From: Lingula anatina | Lineage: Eukaryota; Animalia; Brachiopoda | Direction of reading: 5' to 3' | Assembly (NCBI GenBank): GCA_051362555.1 | Contig: CM120644.1 | Location: 19,490,534 to 19,554,533 of the forward strand | DNA length: 64,000 bases | In this document: positions 37,401 to 51,380 of the stretch, in pieces | How positions within the stretch are numbered: position 1 is the stretch's first letter | How the letters are laid out: every line of letters starts with the position of its first letter | The notes under the pieces: generated by a model | Databases searched by the model: none | Told to the model about the DNA's origin: nothing | What the model saw: only the letters and a program-made list of their open reading frames with translations | Translations under genes and position numbers: made by a program

Positions 37401-40400
37401 TTTTTTAAAATATTTGTTTGAATAAAGGCCTGTCGATACTGTAATACCGTACTTGAGATTTTGATAATTCTTTTAGTGTTAGTGCATTGTTGTAGGTATG
37501 AAGATATATTAGTTTTGATTTTTAAACACTTTTAAAAGAGTATTTTTTGGTTTTGAGTCCATGCATGTCAATATTATGTATGTTCTTCATCCTTTCACTA
37601 TAATAAAGGATGTTTTTGGACAAAAGACATGTATGTTCAATTCTTGTTCGTTAGAATATGCACCTTCGAGCGACCAAGTAGACTTTGAGACGGATGCCAC
37701 CATTTAAACCTTCTTGGACTTCTCACAATTTTTACATGAAAACTGACCTACATGTACCTGTACTTTCTGGAAAACTCTTCAATATAAAGGAAAGCATATA
37801 TTGTCCACAGACTACCGCGATCATTCAAAGAATTTCAAGAAAATTGTCATAATAGAAACTAGTGATCCGGAGCCATAGATTGCTTTTATAAAGATTAGTA
37901 ATGATTGTAACATTTCCCACCAGTCTGCAAGGAGCATTACTGAAGATCGCGTTGGGCAGCGGGGAAGGGGGCTGGGTACTTTGGATCCACCAATCGGTGG
38001 ATCCAGAATACCCCAATGAGGAACGCTACAAGGATTAAGTCTCACCAGTTAAGAGAGCAACACAGCACAAGGACGAAGAAAACCAACTCTAGTACTGCAT
38101 CATCGAAGACTCCGCCTTACCCGAACATTAATGAACCTGTAAATTTGTTGCGCAAGAATTCGAGTTTTTTTCATGTTCATTAATTAGACTGATTAACCAA
38201 TGTGGACTTGAGACTATGGAAGGAAAAGTGTTCATTTAAAATTATTCCATTACCAGTTCTCGTTTATAATTTCCTTTATTTCTGTCTTTTCTACTCAGTT
38301 CTATTACGGTAAATGAATATAACTCATGACGTTTATTTCATTACTGAATATCTTCATTTGTGATTGTGCGTTAGGGGTGGGGTGGGGTAATTTTCTTTTC
38401 TCATGGGGCGGGACCGGTTGCTCTGTCATATAACATAGGCTAAAGTTGAAATCGAGGCACCTGTACAGAAGGTGGTCTAGAATATATTATTATGTAATCT
38501 AGGTGAGTATTTTGGTGAGAGGTGTTCAGAAAGGACCGAGGTCAGTAGAAGATGGAAAAGAAAGCCTTGTGTCTCATTGCCACAATTTTCACGAAATGGT
38601 CGGAAATCTGGGACTGAAATTGCCATCGATCTTTTGTAAGTACTGTAAGGATGATGGAAGATAACATTGGTTATTTGGCGTTAACGATATTTACCAAAAA
38701 ACGGTGCAATTTGCAAATAAGGCATCATGCCGACATTTTTTCTTGACGTCAACAATATTTTTCCCCTTAAAAATCCAAATTCAACTTGTTTATTCAAATT
38801 GTAAATCGTTTATTTTCTGTTAATATTTTCAGATGGAATGCATTTGCCAGAAAACGGGTGGTGAGAGATTTGCTCCAGCAGTGAACGCGTCTTCCGTCTT
38901 AAACAATGTAAGGAGATCTTGGCAGGTAACTTCATTCTTAAGTCCTAATTTGTTTTTTAAAAAAATGAAAATTCACCTCAGCAAATCCCTACCCTCCAAT
39001 GTGCACATGTCGTGATTATGTTGTTCTACTTTCTAAGATCTCATAAAAGTTTGTTTTTACTACCCTCCTGTCATATGTTTATTTCTAAAATTTCACTTTA
39101 TACGTAATGCGAGGATCACTATCTTTTTAGTAGCACCACTGACGTGTGATTCTAAAGACACAGAATGTTGTCGCGTTACAGTGTGTACACGGTGTAAAAG
39201 AATAGAAATTATATTGTTTGAAAGTGCATGATTACATAGAACGTGTCAGCTCAGTATATGTAGGCCTATACAGTGTATTCGTCCAATTTTAAAGTTCAAA
39301 AGTGGTTTGTTGAATATTACTATCGAAATCGGATTCCTTAAAATTAATTGCTTAATTTAATCGCTCCATAGACATTGCTGACTCGTTGCTTTGTAAAAGT
39401 GGGTTTATTGTTTAATTTCAGTGACTCCACCGTGCACGAGAAGATTGAATACGTTCTCCATCAATGACGTCAGACTCGTGTTCCACAGCGGCTGCATCCA
39501 TGTCAAGATTACATGTCGCATGTCAGAGTTTGTCTGCTAGTAAATTTGCAGGGTTGAAACTTAATATAAAGTGTAATGTTTACTTTGGGTTGTGATTCGG
39601 CTGTAGTTCTTTTCAAACTATCACCAAGTAGTGTTCGGGATGAGTACTTTGCTACACATGCATGTAGTAGTGGTTTATTTCCGTGTAGGTGTTGCAACAT
39701 AAACAACAATGCACATGTAGGACGACCGGTTTTCTTTCTGATGGTAACATATTTGTGAGGACAAATCTGCAATTTGGCAGTTCTCGCGAACAATTATTTA
39801 TTTAAAATTGAATTCTAGTATTTATTTTGGTGATATTTAGTTTTGGAAAGAAAGAAAACATTCCAACCGTGTAAAATGCATTTTTGGAAGTCTTTGGAAG
39901 TTATTGTTATATTGTCAAGTCGTCAAGTTATATTGTCAAGTACGCGCCATATTTGATCCACGGACTAGATAGACAGTGGTTCAACTGGTTGTGAACTCGG
40001 TCTAATGCTTTAGAAAGCGTCTGGAAGTTGCAGTGTGCGTTCAGTTGTTCTTCGGAAGAAAAAAAAAAGAGCGAGATGTGCATCCACCAAAAATCAATAA
40101 ATCGCTGTAATTTGAATAATTATGCTTCAGAAATTGCAGCATTATCAAACTGGCAGAATGTGTCATTAGTATTGCAGAACTGTCCACATGTATTAAAACG
40201 ATCTTTCTTAAGTTTGAATATGCGATTGTGACGCATATAATATAAACTTCGCGTTTCAATGAGGGGAGGGGTCAAAAGTCACCCTGGTTTAAGAAACGAA
40301 ACCAAGGAGTTGGAATTTTCCCGAAATTAATGTGCATTTGTTATTGCACGAGAGGTAGGTTACAAAGAAAAATCGTTGTGTTACAGAAAATATTTTATTT

Positions 40401-41826
40401 CGGAACATTTTCTACATTAATGGGTCTATATAGGACTGACATTCATCAGAAACTTTCACATTCTGAATTTTCGACAAATTCTTGACAAGGTCAAATCAAC
40501 CAATTTAGCTGTCACAAAGCCGATTTTTTAGAATAATGAGTACTTGATGAGTTTTAAGACTGTCAGTTTCTGCCAATACTCCCAAAATAGAATGTGATGC
40601 AATTTAAAGCGAAATTTATAACAAGGGATGAAAAACTAAAGAAACATTTTTCGTAAATTTACTTAGATTTTGGCTAGCAGTTATTTAGCCAAATGTCTGA
40701 AAATTCTTTTTAAAATATCCAAAAGTGTTTTTAGACCAGCGCTCTGTTAAAGGTTGGCATTGTACTTAGTATTTTTGTAGTTTATTCTTTGGTAGAGATC
40801 AAAGGGTGATTAAAGAATAACTTCTTATATGTTAGTCCTGCATGTCCTGTTGAATTATAATGCCGCTAGATCACTTAGTACCGGAGACCAGTCTTAAGTT
40901 TATTAGCATTGTCTTAGTACTGTAAGTGTGGATTTCAAGTAAACTGATATTTACGTATTCTTTTCCGTTTTCTTTGAAATGGCTATGGTTGAAATAAGCT
41001 TTTCAGTTGGTCATGTCATGTGACGTTTCTGATTCGCATGCTGTATAAATTTCAGTTTTCGCTCAAAGTTGTGCCATGAAGTACATATTCTTGGAATTAA
41101 GAAAATACGTTGATTTTGGACATGACAATATTTATCGATGAACTAAACAACCAGGAATCTTACATAGTTTGATTATATTTGAACACCAATTTTTGTTTTA
41201 TGTGCGAGTATCAGCAAGACGACATAGTGCTTGCATGTGGGTACATGTGTCGGGATAGGATGAGGTTATATGCATATTGAATTTTCTATATCGATCACAC
41301 CAGTGAATTTAGACAGACGTTATTATTATTTTTTTGTAATCTTTTGGTTAATTTTCCAGTTTGCCTGTAAATTTTGACAAAAACCTATAAATTCTACCTT
41401 CTTGTTGGTATTATTGTCTATCATAGTATTCCTGAACTCCTTTATAAATAAAGGCTACGTCGGTCAAGTAAAAATTTTCCAATATGCATAGAATCTCGCC
41501 GTGTTGTACACTAGTTAGCTACAGAACCATTTTTGTATGTAAAAGCTTAATTTACATGCCATGTAAGTACGTTTTATGAAATTGCCATTAATGTAGAAGC
41601 AAAAGATATTCCAAGTTTTGTAATATTTTTGAAAACAATGCTGTTACTTTTTGTATTAATTCATGCAATAATAAATGTGCTATATTGTTTTATGAACAAA
41701 ACAGAAGTTATTTTTCTTAACTACAGAACTATCGACTCCTTGCTATTCTGTGTTCGTAGCACTGTTTTGTAGTAGTTGAAATTGTTTATTTTGGTTTATT
41801 TTTGCAAAAGGTAATTTGCTGGGACC

Positions 41827-41898
41827 CAGCACCGCCAGGAATCGAACCTGTAACCTCCTGTCTGAGAGACAAGCACGTTACCTACTCCTCTAAGTGTT
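41827..41898 (-). pseudogene. tRNA-like sequence (CTC anticodon; pseudo-tRNA or SINE head)
   Basis: A-box-like TAGAGGAGTAGG, B box GGTTCGATTCC, anticodon arm cttgt-ctCTCag-acagg; acceptor and D stems are mismatched. Confidence 0.65.
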
Positions 41899-42355
41899 CC
41901 CACCCACCCTCCCCAGGTAGACTTTCTTCTTATAGTAACCAAAGGAATTTTTTTTTAAAGTCCTTTGGAAAATACTCAGTGGTATCCAAGTACGCGAGCA
42001 GGAAAGTGAACCCAACCCGTGGGTACCAATGAACATGAAAATACTACAACGCACTGAATTATTTTGGTATTTCTTTATTAAGACCAACACAAAATTCCAT
42101 TTCATATATGCATGCATATTGAACCATCTTAAAACAATGATTTGTGAGACTACATTTCTGAAAAATCTTAAGTTTTGAAGTTGGAATATAAAGATATACA
42201 CAAAGTTATTGATATCTGCATTAGAACTCACACAAAAATGTAACAAATTCAATCTATTTGATTTGACAAAATAAAATTATCAACTAAACTACCCGTGTTT
42301 GACCTCATTAATATTAAAGAGAATATTTCAGAATAAAACTTTTTCCTTTAAAAAA

Positions 42356-42507
42356 CAACGCCGGATCTGGCATCCATCCCACCTTTAACATCAGAAAAAT
42401 CGAGAAGGAAACCCGCTCTGGACTAACATTATCAAGTACACATAATGCTACAAATTACCTAGAATTTCACAATTTAACCACATTTAAATGTTCCGGATCC
42501 GACGTTG
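42356..42507. mobile_element. Small foldback/MITE-like element
   Basis: caacgccggatctgg is inverted relative to ccggatccgacgttg; no clear TSD. Confidence 0.4.
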
Positions 42508-42930
42508 CTTTTTCTGTTTCTAAACATACGGTATTATAAGAATCATTTCAATAACTAAATACGTACAATTATGAGCAATTCTACAACTCTCGTGCTGTGT
42601 TGTGCTATAAACCGAACATGAATGAACCTCACATAACACATGTAGAGAGTAAACATTTTTGCACCTGCTGATCCATCTTATAAAAGTTATTGTTTTTTTT
42701 TTTTCAAAATTGAGCAGATTTAAAAAAATAGTATCAATAATTCTTTAAACTTTACACGAAATCTAGATTTGTTTAAAAAAACATCACCGTCCCAGTTGCA
42801 TTTTTACAAAGATCATAGTGAACAAACTACGAGTCTGGACAGCAGACAATTAGAACATTATCAAGCACAAATTTATGAAATCAAGTATTCTAATCTCTTA
42901 TCTGAGCATTTAAAGTAAAGCCAACGTTAA

Positions 42931-43321
42931 AGGCACATAGTGAGCGCTGGTCCCGTAAAAAAGCAAACATTTTATTTTCCTAGAAATTTCAACAATAAAT
43001 CACTAAGATATACGGTATCCAAAAACAGTTCACAGTAATTCGATTCATAAACTCATTTTATGCTCCAAGCAAGTCTCTTTCATAATGAAAATAGAGAATG
43101 GTCAATTTCGCTCACGACAGGAAAAGTTGAAATTGACAACTCGAAAGCATGTTTAAATCGTAATGGAGTGTAGCATATAACAAGCAGACTTTAAAAAACT
43201 TTTATACATCATACTTTTGTCAACGGCGTTAGATAAGAGTGTGCTTTGGTGATAAAGGGAAATTGCTCAATTTTTCAGGATTTTACTCTCTAAGTCAAGG
43301 TCTAATGCGCACTATATGCCT
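42931..43321. mobile_element. Non-autonomous TIR element, Kolobok-like
   Basis: TTAA|aggcacatagtgagcgctggtcc ... ggtctaatgcgcactatatgcct imperfect TIRs; right TSD degenerate. Confidence 0.6.
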
Positions 43322-45359
43322 TTGGATTAATATAAAATCACGTGAATGTCAAGAGTGAAATTATGTTTATATGCCGAGTTCAAAGTACTGATAACTAGAA
43401 ATTAAAAATTGAGAATTTATTATTCAATGTAATATTCCCAATTAATTTTTACTGGAAAAAGAATATATTTTTCATTATAGCTCTCAAGACATTAGCAAAA
43501 ATATATCATTCAATGTAATATTGTCAACTTGTTATAGATTTTATTGGATAAAGGAATATATTTTTGAAAGGTACTTGCTAACAACTTCAATAACTACATA
43601 TTGTCCTACATATACCATCTTTAGTGTAGGAAAAAGAATCAGAAAGACACCACACGTAGAACATTTAGTGCTAGGACTACATCTACCAACGGAGTTCAGA
43701 ATAGTTCACATGAAGTGTAACTGCATTCTTCATTTACATGTGATATGAAGAGCTGGCGAAAATGAATAGGGAAAATATTGGGCTATTTGCAATACCAATT
43801 TTAAACGCCCAAGCATCAAAATTGAATCATCAATAAATTATCGTCAAATACCTAACATTAATATCTTAAAACGTTGTACTAAATCGGTTGAAACTGATAT
43901 TTTCGTATACTTAGTATCTGGACCGCCTCGCATCCACTCCCTGGTCACTCAGAACTGATGAAGACGTGACATCTCTTTCTGGAGTGTTGGTTACATATGA
44001 TTCATGGGGGAGGAGGCAGGATATTTTGGACGCATTGCTTACTTAATTATCAGCATTATCTGATAGGTGAACCTTCATTTATAATTTCCTGCAATAAGAA
44101 TGCATGGGATGCATTTGTGTTAGATATATTTCAAAACCCGCCATTGACAAAATTAATCTCATACCCTAACACCCCCCCCCCCCCCAAAAAGAAACAGTAT
44201 TTACGTCACTGATTATGATCAAATGCACGTTTTATCTGAACAGAGTTTAGTATACGTGACCAACCTAACCGTACTATGGCGCCATCTTCTGGAATCAGCA
44301 GACTACAAATTAATAAACTTTTAAATTATGTGATCATATCTGAATGTACGATGTTGTAGTCTTCATTTACCTTCACAATGACAAATAAACTTTCGCCGGA
44401 TTATATGTCTGTGTGTGTGTGCGTGCGTGGAACCTGGTTATGATAACAAAGGCATTTATTAATTTATCCAAGACTTTTACAGAATTTTAGCCAGTGGCAG
44501 GAAAGAAGGGTTGATCAGTTGGAGAAAAATACCACTTATCCCAGGAAAATCTGTGTAATAATTCAAAACGTCAGCACAAACGCCGTGAAGATACGCTATG
44601 CCTATATTTTGACGAAGCATTTTATTCAAATTGATTTTTTTTCCACTTTGCATCATACAACCATTTATCATAACGCCCGTCTGTACTGTCATGTACAAGT
44701 TATAACAGTTTTATTCTACCTCCCCAATATCCTCCTGTCATTTCATGCTGTCAATATTGACATATACAAGATTTCAACATATATCATACATCACATGATT
44801 CTTTCACATACAGCACTCGAATAACACATTTTATGTAATAAAAGAAATAAAATTCCATTCGTATCAAATATTTTTTCATCGGGAATTGATATTTCAAATT
44901 GTAACGCCTCCGCCTGGCGTTTGGTGGAATACAGAAAAGGCGGTGATTATACGAGAAAGTTTGAAACAAGAGGAGGTGTGTTAATCTGTTAAACTGATTG
45001 CATTCAGCAGAGTTGGTTTGACCTACATAGAACGAAATGGAATGAAACCTTAGATTCATTAAAATGTATCTTATCATTACTGTAGTGCTCTTAATATTTA
45101 TCTAGAACATATCAATAAATAAGAAATAATCATTATTATTATACAGGGTGATATTCTGGCGTCTGTTCTGTCTCAACATGATTGTGACGTCTTCCAAAGA
45201 ATTGATGAAAATGTGTTAGGTGTGACAAGTCGCTGACCGCTTTGTTTTAAGGTGACACGATGAGTGTCTTCTCTCGAGGTAGATTCTACTTTATTTTGAA
45301 TAAATTATGGAAATTTCATAGCAGTTAAATACCACATCCTCGCGATCTAACGTAAGACA

Positions 45360-45401
<42 letters not shown>

Positions 45402-46513
45402 CTCAGCAGAGCCACAGACAAAATGCGAAAAAAAGCATTGGAATATGAGTTATATATATCTAAACTTTTCTTATTCGCTGGAGCATATTAATAAAAGTGA
45501 TCTTTACAGTACTTCTCGAGGGGAGGGAGGGGGCGTACACCGGGACTCTCGTCAAGAAGCCCTTCTCAGCCTTCTAGCTGTTACAAAATTCTTCCGAAGG
45601 GCGGGTCGAGCAATGATTTATAATGAGAAGAAAATTGTTATTTTACTTTGGGGAAATTACTTTTGCTAGCTTCAAATATACATTACTTATTTTTTATAAA
45701 ATAATAAAAATTAAGATAGCTTAGGTGATCATGATCACCGCTATTTGAAATCTCTGATGTGAACATCACTTCCGGACAGACTTATATTACTACAGGCAAT
45801 CTAATTTGCATATAAGAGAAAAATGCATTTTTTTTCTGTTTTTGAGTCATGTTCAGTTTTTATTACTTTTGTAAATAACGTCTCTTTACCCTCACAACTT
45901 TCCAATCATTTGATTGACACGCCCTGTTTATGAATTTATTTGAATATAAATTATAAACCTACATATCACAGGCATGAATCACGTTATCACGTCCAAGTCA
46001 TAACATTGTTAAACTAGCGCCAATAACTGCAGTGAAGAATGTAGGTCAATTGCCTGTACAATTCTCCCATAGCATTATTGATTTTTTTTGGAGTGGAACA
46101 TTTTAGGGAGAGTCGGACGGATGAGAGAAGTATCAGTTCAACAGCAAAACATAAATAAAGCGTGGAGCTGCTATAATCAGAGGCTTTAACAATCTTTTAG
46201 ACAAGTGTAAAAATATCCCATTTTTCCAGTTCCACAGCGTAGCACTTTCAAACAATATGATACATCTCCATGCCATCAGTCTCTCCCTAACAATTTGTTG
46301 ACCACGTTAACTGTTCAACTCCCGGTAGAAGATGAACCAGCCAACGATAGTTTTGACACGCAGGTGTAGGAGCCGCACCCTGAACTTCAGAGCTTAATAG
46401 CAATTAACCCTTGCCGTTTCAAGCAACTGGTAACGCCAAGGGTATGCCATAGTGTAGAGGTTTGTTTCAAGTTATCTCTGAAGCTCAGGGTGAGAGGCCG
46501 GCATAGGGCGAGA

Positions 46514-46551
<38 letters not shown>
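46514..46551. repeat. Poly-G tract
   Basis: Pure G run, expanded relative to ~3099..3106 in unit 1. Confidence 0.95.
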
Positions 46552-46553
<2 letters not shown>

Positions 46554-47185
46554 TTAACCCTTTCACAACCAGGGGCCGAATGCGTTCCCTCAGCATTCTC
46601 TTTCACAACCAGGGGCCGAATGCGTTCCCTCAGCACTAACCAGTCAATTTATTTAAGAATCATTCACTATTATCATGCATTTTATTATTATTATGCACAA
46701 ACCTGAATTAGGCGTAAGAGGGGGAAAGGGGGGTCAACTCTCTCATAAACAGGAAGACAGCACTAAGGACACTCAGGTAAACTGACCATTAGTGTTGGGG
46801 TCATCAGTTGACCACAATACAGGGGCCACTGTCAATGGGTTATATTTGCATTTTTCATAGATTTTGTATTAATACTAAGTTTATGTATGGTATCAATAAT
46901 TACCTGTGATCAGACAAAATTTCTGTCAACAGATTTCTGTAGCTAGAAAAGTAAGTGTTTGAGATTTGTGTGCAAATAGCAGATAAAAATCAGTAAGAAG
47001 ACAGGAATGGGTTAGCCTCTTTTTTTAACCAAATTTTCCATGTTTTGACATTTCGATGTGTAAAGATAAAATGGTATGTGGATTTATTATTATTATTATA
47101 ATGCTAGAAATTCATTTGTTGACTACAGCTCAGTATTCCTTATGGTTAACTGATACAGAATATTGCCAGTGTTAGGTGGACTGTT

Positions 47186-47398
47186 GGGTTACATGTCAAT
47201 ACGTCCCCGCACCGATAAACCCTCGCACCGGTACATCCCCGCACCAATATTCCCCTACAATTACAGATCTACTGAGGGGGAGTATCGGTGTGGGGGAGTA
47301 TCGGTGCGGGGATGTACCAGTGCGGGGTTGTATCGATGCGCATAGTACAAAAAATTACTAAGGGGGATTATCGGTGCGGGGGAGTATGGACATGACCC
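47186..47398. mobile_element. Mutator-like foldback MITE
   Basis: Absent in unit 1 (~4025); TIRs with ccccgcaccgat sub-repeats; TSD ggactgtt(g)/tgactgtt(g). Confidence 0.75.
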
Positions 47399-47481
47399 TG
47401 ACTGTTGTGTTCAGTTGATAACTTAAAATATGAAAACTGTGCTGACAGAGAACAGCAATAAAACATTGAATTCTTTTAGAC

Positions 47482-47654
47482 GGGGCCGTAGCGATAGTCC
47501 GAAGGTTCAATAGTCCGAAGGTTCATTGGTCCGAATGTTCACTATAGAACCTTCGGACCAATGAACCCTTGATTAAAAAATCGACGAAAATGTTACCACT
47601 TTTCGGACCAATGAACCTTCGGACCAATGAACCTTCGGACTATCGAGACGCCCC
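47482..47654. mobile_element. Mutator-like foldback MITE
   Basis: Perfect 9-bp TSD cttttagac; TIRs built from gtccgaaggttca repeats; empty site at ~4130. Confidence 0.88.
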
Positions 47655-48236
47655 CTTTTAGACAAAGCATAAATATAGTATTACATTTACAGGTGTTTTT
47701 CTTTTTTTTTTTTTTGAGATTTTAAGCTTTTTCAACATCTCACTTGCCTAGCTGGCATCGAATGTTTCTTTGAAGCCTGTAATATGTGTCGTGGTTTAAT
47801 CAAATATCCATTTGGAGTTTGATATTTTCTTTAGTGAACAAAACGATGATTCTTTTCTTACTGTTTATTCTGTCGCTAAGTCATTGGATATATAAAAAAA
47901 TAAAATAATCTAAATTGTTTTCATCTAGTAAACACATAAATTACATCAAAATGAAACACTTGTCTATTTCTCTTTCTGTTTTCAACAATAAAGGTAGGAG
48001 AGAGGGATTTTCTAGTGTAATATCATGTATTTGACTAATTACAGTTCTTTTATTATAGATGATCTATCATAGATGATGTGACTGATCATGGAAGATAATG
48101 GTTGGAACTTACACAGTATAAAAATGATAATTATTGATAAAAATTGAAGCAGTTACATTTGATTGTTTTTAAGATGTGCAAAAATAGCAAAGTTAACAGG
48201 TGATAGTGTCTTTTCTGTTTCTGTCATCTGAACATA

Positions 48237-49330
48237 TCATTGAGAGCTGTGGAAAGGATTTTTTATAATTGTTGTGATGACACCTGGTGTGGTCCTTTTT
48301 ATGCCAGTAAGTAATTCATAGACATCATTGTCAGTAATTATGGCGATATTCTCTGTGGTAAAAGTGTCATCATCTTTATGATTGTATTCTGTTCTTTCTT
48401 CCTCATATATATGATGGGTTATGGCATTATTATTTGTCCGTTTATCTTCCATATGACTTATTTCATCCGTGATCATGATGTGATTTTTTTCATGACGTTT
48501 GCAAGAATTTTTTCGTGTAAAAGTTTCCTCACAGAATCTACACTTGTAAGGTTTCTCTCCTGTGTGAATTCTTTCATGCTCTCTGCAAGTGTTTTTGTCT
48601 CTATAAGTTTTGTCACAGAATCTGCACTTGTAAGGTTTCTCTCCTGTGTGAATTCTTTCATGATAGATGATAGCTTTTTTGTCATTAAAAAGTTTATCAC
48701 AGAATCTACACTTGTAAGGTCTCTCTCCTGTGTGAATTATCTCATGCTCTGTGCAATGGCCTCTTTGCGTGAAAGTTTTGTCACATAATCTACACTTGTA
48801 AGGCCTCTCTCCTGTGTGAATTCTTTCATGATATATGCAAGAAGTTTTGTCTTTATAAGTTTTGTCACAGAATCTACATTTGTAAGGTCTATCTCCTGTG
48901 TGAATTTTTTCATGATATACGCAAGAATTTTTATGTGTAAAAGTTACCTCACAGAATCTACATTTGTAAGATTTCTCTCCTGTGTGAATCCTTTCATGCC
49001 CACTGCAATTACTTTTGTCTCTAAAAGTTTTATCACAGAATCTGCACTTGTAAGGTTTCTCTCCAGTATGAATTCTTTCATGCAAAGTGCAATTGCCTTT
49101 TTGAGTAAAAGTTTTGTCACAGAATCTACACTTGTAAGGTCTCTCTCCTGTGTGAATTCTTTCATGCACTGTGCAATGGCCTTTTTGAGTAAAAGTTTTG
49201 TCACAGAATCTGCACTAGTAAGGTCTCTCTCCTTTGCACATTTTTACTGAATGTTGTAAGAACTTAATTGGTGGTATTAAAAGTCTTGTCACAGACTCTA
49301 CACTTGTAAGGTTTCTCTCCAGTATAATTA
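48237..49330 (-). pseudogene. C2H2 zinc-finger array, 9 fingers, in-frame TAG at 49215..49217
   Basis: Open 310-codon stretch 48237..49169 begins at GTG inside finger 1; the stop lies in the same frame just after MCKGERPY. Confidence 0.8.
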
Positions 49331-50140
49331 TTTTCTTGAATTTTATGAGATGATTAATTGCCAAAAGATTCTTGTCACAAGTTACTTTGAGTCCTGATTC
49401 CAAGGCTACTTTTCACATGATTTCCTATTTTTGGTTTGTCATTCCTTTTCCTGCCATTGTTACGTACACTACTGTCTTACATTTCACTGTGAGCCAGTCA
49501 CTTGGATAAGGTGCTTGATATGTCCTTTCTAATACTGTCCTTTCTAATACTGTAATTGTGTTCACAATTGAACTCTCAGAGCACCATAAGAATATCCATT
49601 TGGATTCTGTATGAACTTGTTGTCAACATTACCAATGCACCCAGTTTTTGTACTGAGCAATGCATAAAGTTGTATTAGGAACCCCCTGTTTAAAATCTTG
49701 AATCCAGTCATTCTATTGGATGATGTTAACTGCTGGTTACAGTGGACATATCTGATTGGTTGAAGTCATTTCTCTCCAATACTTCAGATGCCATAATTTA
49801 AAGATGTTATCTGCACAACCCACTGCATATAATTATCTGTTATTACTTCACTAAGCATTGGTAAACATGTAACATGACATTCCATCAAGCTCACATCTAG
49901 TTAGTTAAAAGACAAGAAGTGATTTTATCAGTCAGTTTGTATTTGTCACACATGTCAGGCTGGTTCTGTACATGATGTGAAAAGTCATTCAATTAATTCA
50001 GTTTGTGAAACCCTTCAGCAGCCAGCTGTTTCAAAAGGGGGATTCTTTTTTGACAAAAAATGGACCTTTTACCATGTAATCCTCATGTATTTAGATAAAA
50101 TTTTACTCAGAGGGAACATTTTCCCAGAACCCCCCCCCCC

Positions 50141-50171
<31 letters not shown>

Positions 50172-50868
50172 ACACACACACACCCCTGGCTACTGGGCAT
50201 GTTCACGTTAAGAAATTTATAAAAAAAAATTAGTTCAGTTATAGGTAATTAAACTGTTTCATTAACTCCACCATGGCATGTTACTTTCAAAAAGGAGCAA
50301 GATTGAACTTTTTTAATGTGTGTGCATGTGCAATTTTTTTTACTGTTTGGTGACTGTATTTTTGCCAGCTTTTCTGTTTCAAACATAATTTATTCCTCTC
50401 AGCTTATGATCATGTTAAGTTTTGTCTTTCAGGGTAGTGTACCAATAGGCCAGGGAAACACTAGTTGAAAATAGCTGTAATATCAGTGAGCCACCACACC
50501 ATTAAGACAGAGATGGAAACACACCTACAAGGTACCCCAGATATGTACATGTACTAGTATGTATGGTTAAGTTCATGGTTTACTCTTAGTCAATAGTACC
50601 AATGTTAAATGAACTGTTTTGTCTAGTCGATAACAACTTAAAATATTGAAAGCTTTCTGACATGAAAGTGTGCACTGATGATCAGAAAACCAACAGAGCT
50701 TGTGAAGATTGAGTAAAAAACATTTACTATTTTTACCTGTTGTTAAAGGGAAGACTTTTATTGCTTTTAGAATTTTTCAAACTCTTTTGGTAATGTTGTT
50801 GAAATTTTGGTTGCTGTTTAGTGTCTGTATATTTGCCAATTTTGATGTTGAGTTGTTTTTTCCGTCAG

Positions 50869-51380
50869 AATTTTGGCTCATTTCTTGTGGGAGTCGTGAG
50901 AAAGGACCAGAAATTGTGGATGGTTGCTGAAACTCTGGACGCCATCTTTGATGTGCTTGCAGATGATCATCTGGACCTGTTGTCATGGAGATCAGAGTAA
51001 CAAACAAACTCCAGACCATATGGTACCACAGCTGACAACTGAGGTAAAACTGTTTCTTAATTAATTTTAATTAATTAAAATTACATCAAATACTTATGTC
51101 AGGAGCAGTTGCCTTATCTGCATTGTGGACAAAATGAAAAAGTGTCCCATTTTGCTTACTGAAATGATTCCTGCAGTTGGGTATTTAATATATTCTTTTA
51201 CAGTGTAAAGATATCTTTGTTTAAAGACATTTTGATGAATTAAAGCAATGGATATCTTCTGAAGAATTATTGTGACATTTTTTCCAGATTCATCAACTGA
51301 AGAGAAACCTAGGAGACCACCTTCCTATCAGCATAACAGCAAGGACAAATCTGATATACTTTATCAAATGCAAATCTTGA
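50869..51380 (+). pseudogene. HEATR3: HEATR3-like last two exons (unprocessed fragment)
   Basis: Exon 50869..51043 reads LWMVAETLDAIFDVLADDHLD with the same frameshift as unit 1; exon 51288..51380 reads IHQLKRNLGDHLPISITARTNLIYFIKCKS*. Confidence 0.75.

Noticed and set aside
37982-38005. Hairpin tggatccacc-aatc-ggtggatcca (also 34111..34138)
   Set aside because: Isolated 10-11-bp stems with no context indicating function.
43953-43980. Hammerhead ribozyme (ctgatga)
   Set aside because: No stem II followed by GAAA, and no flanking stems.
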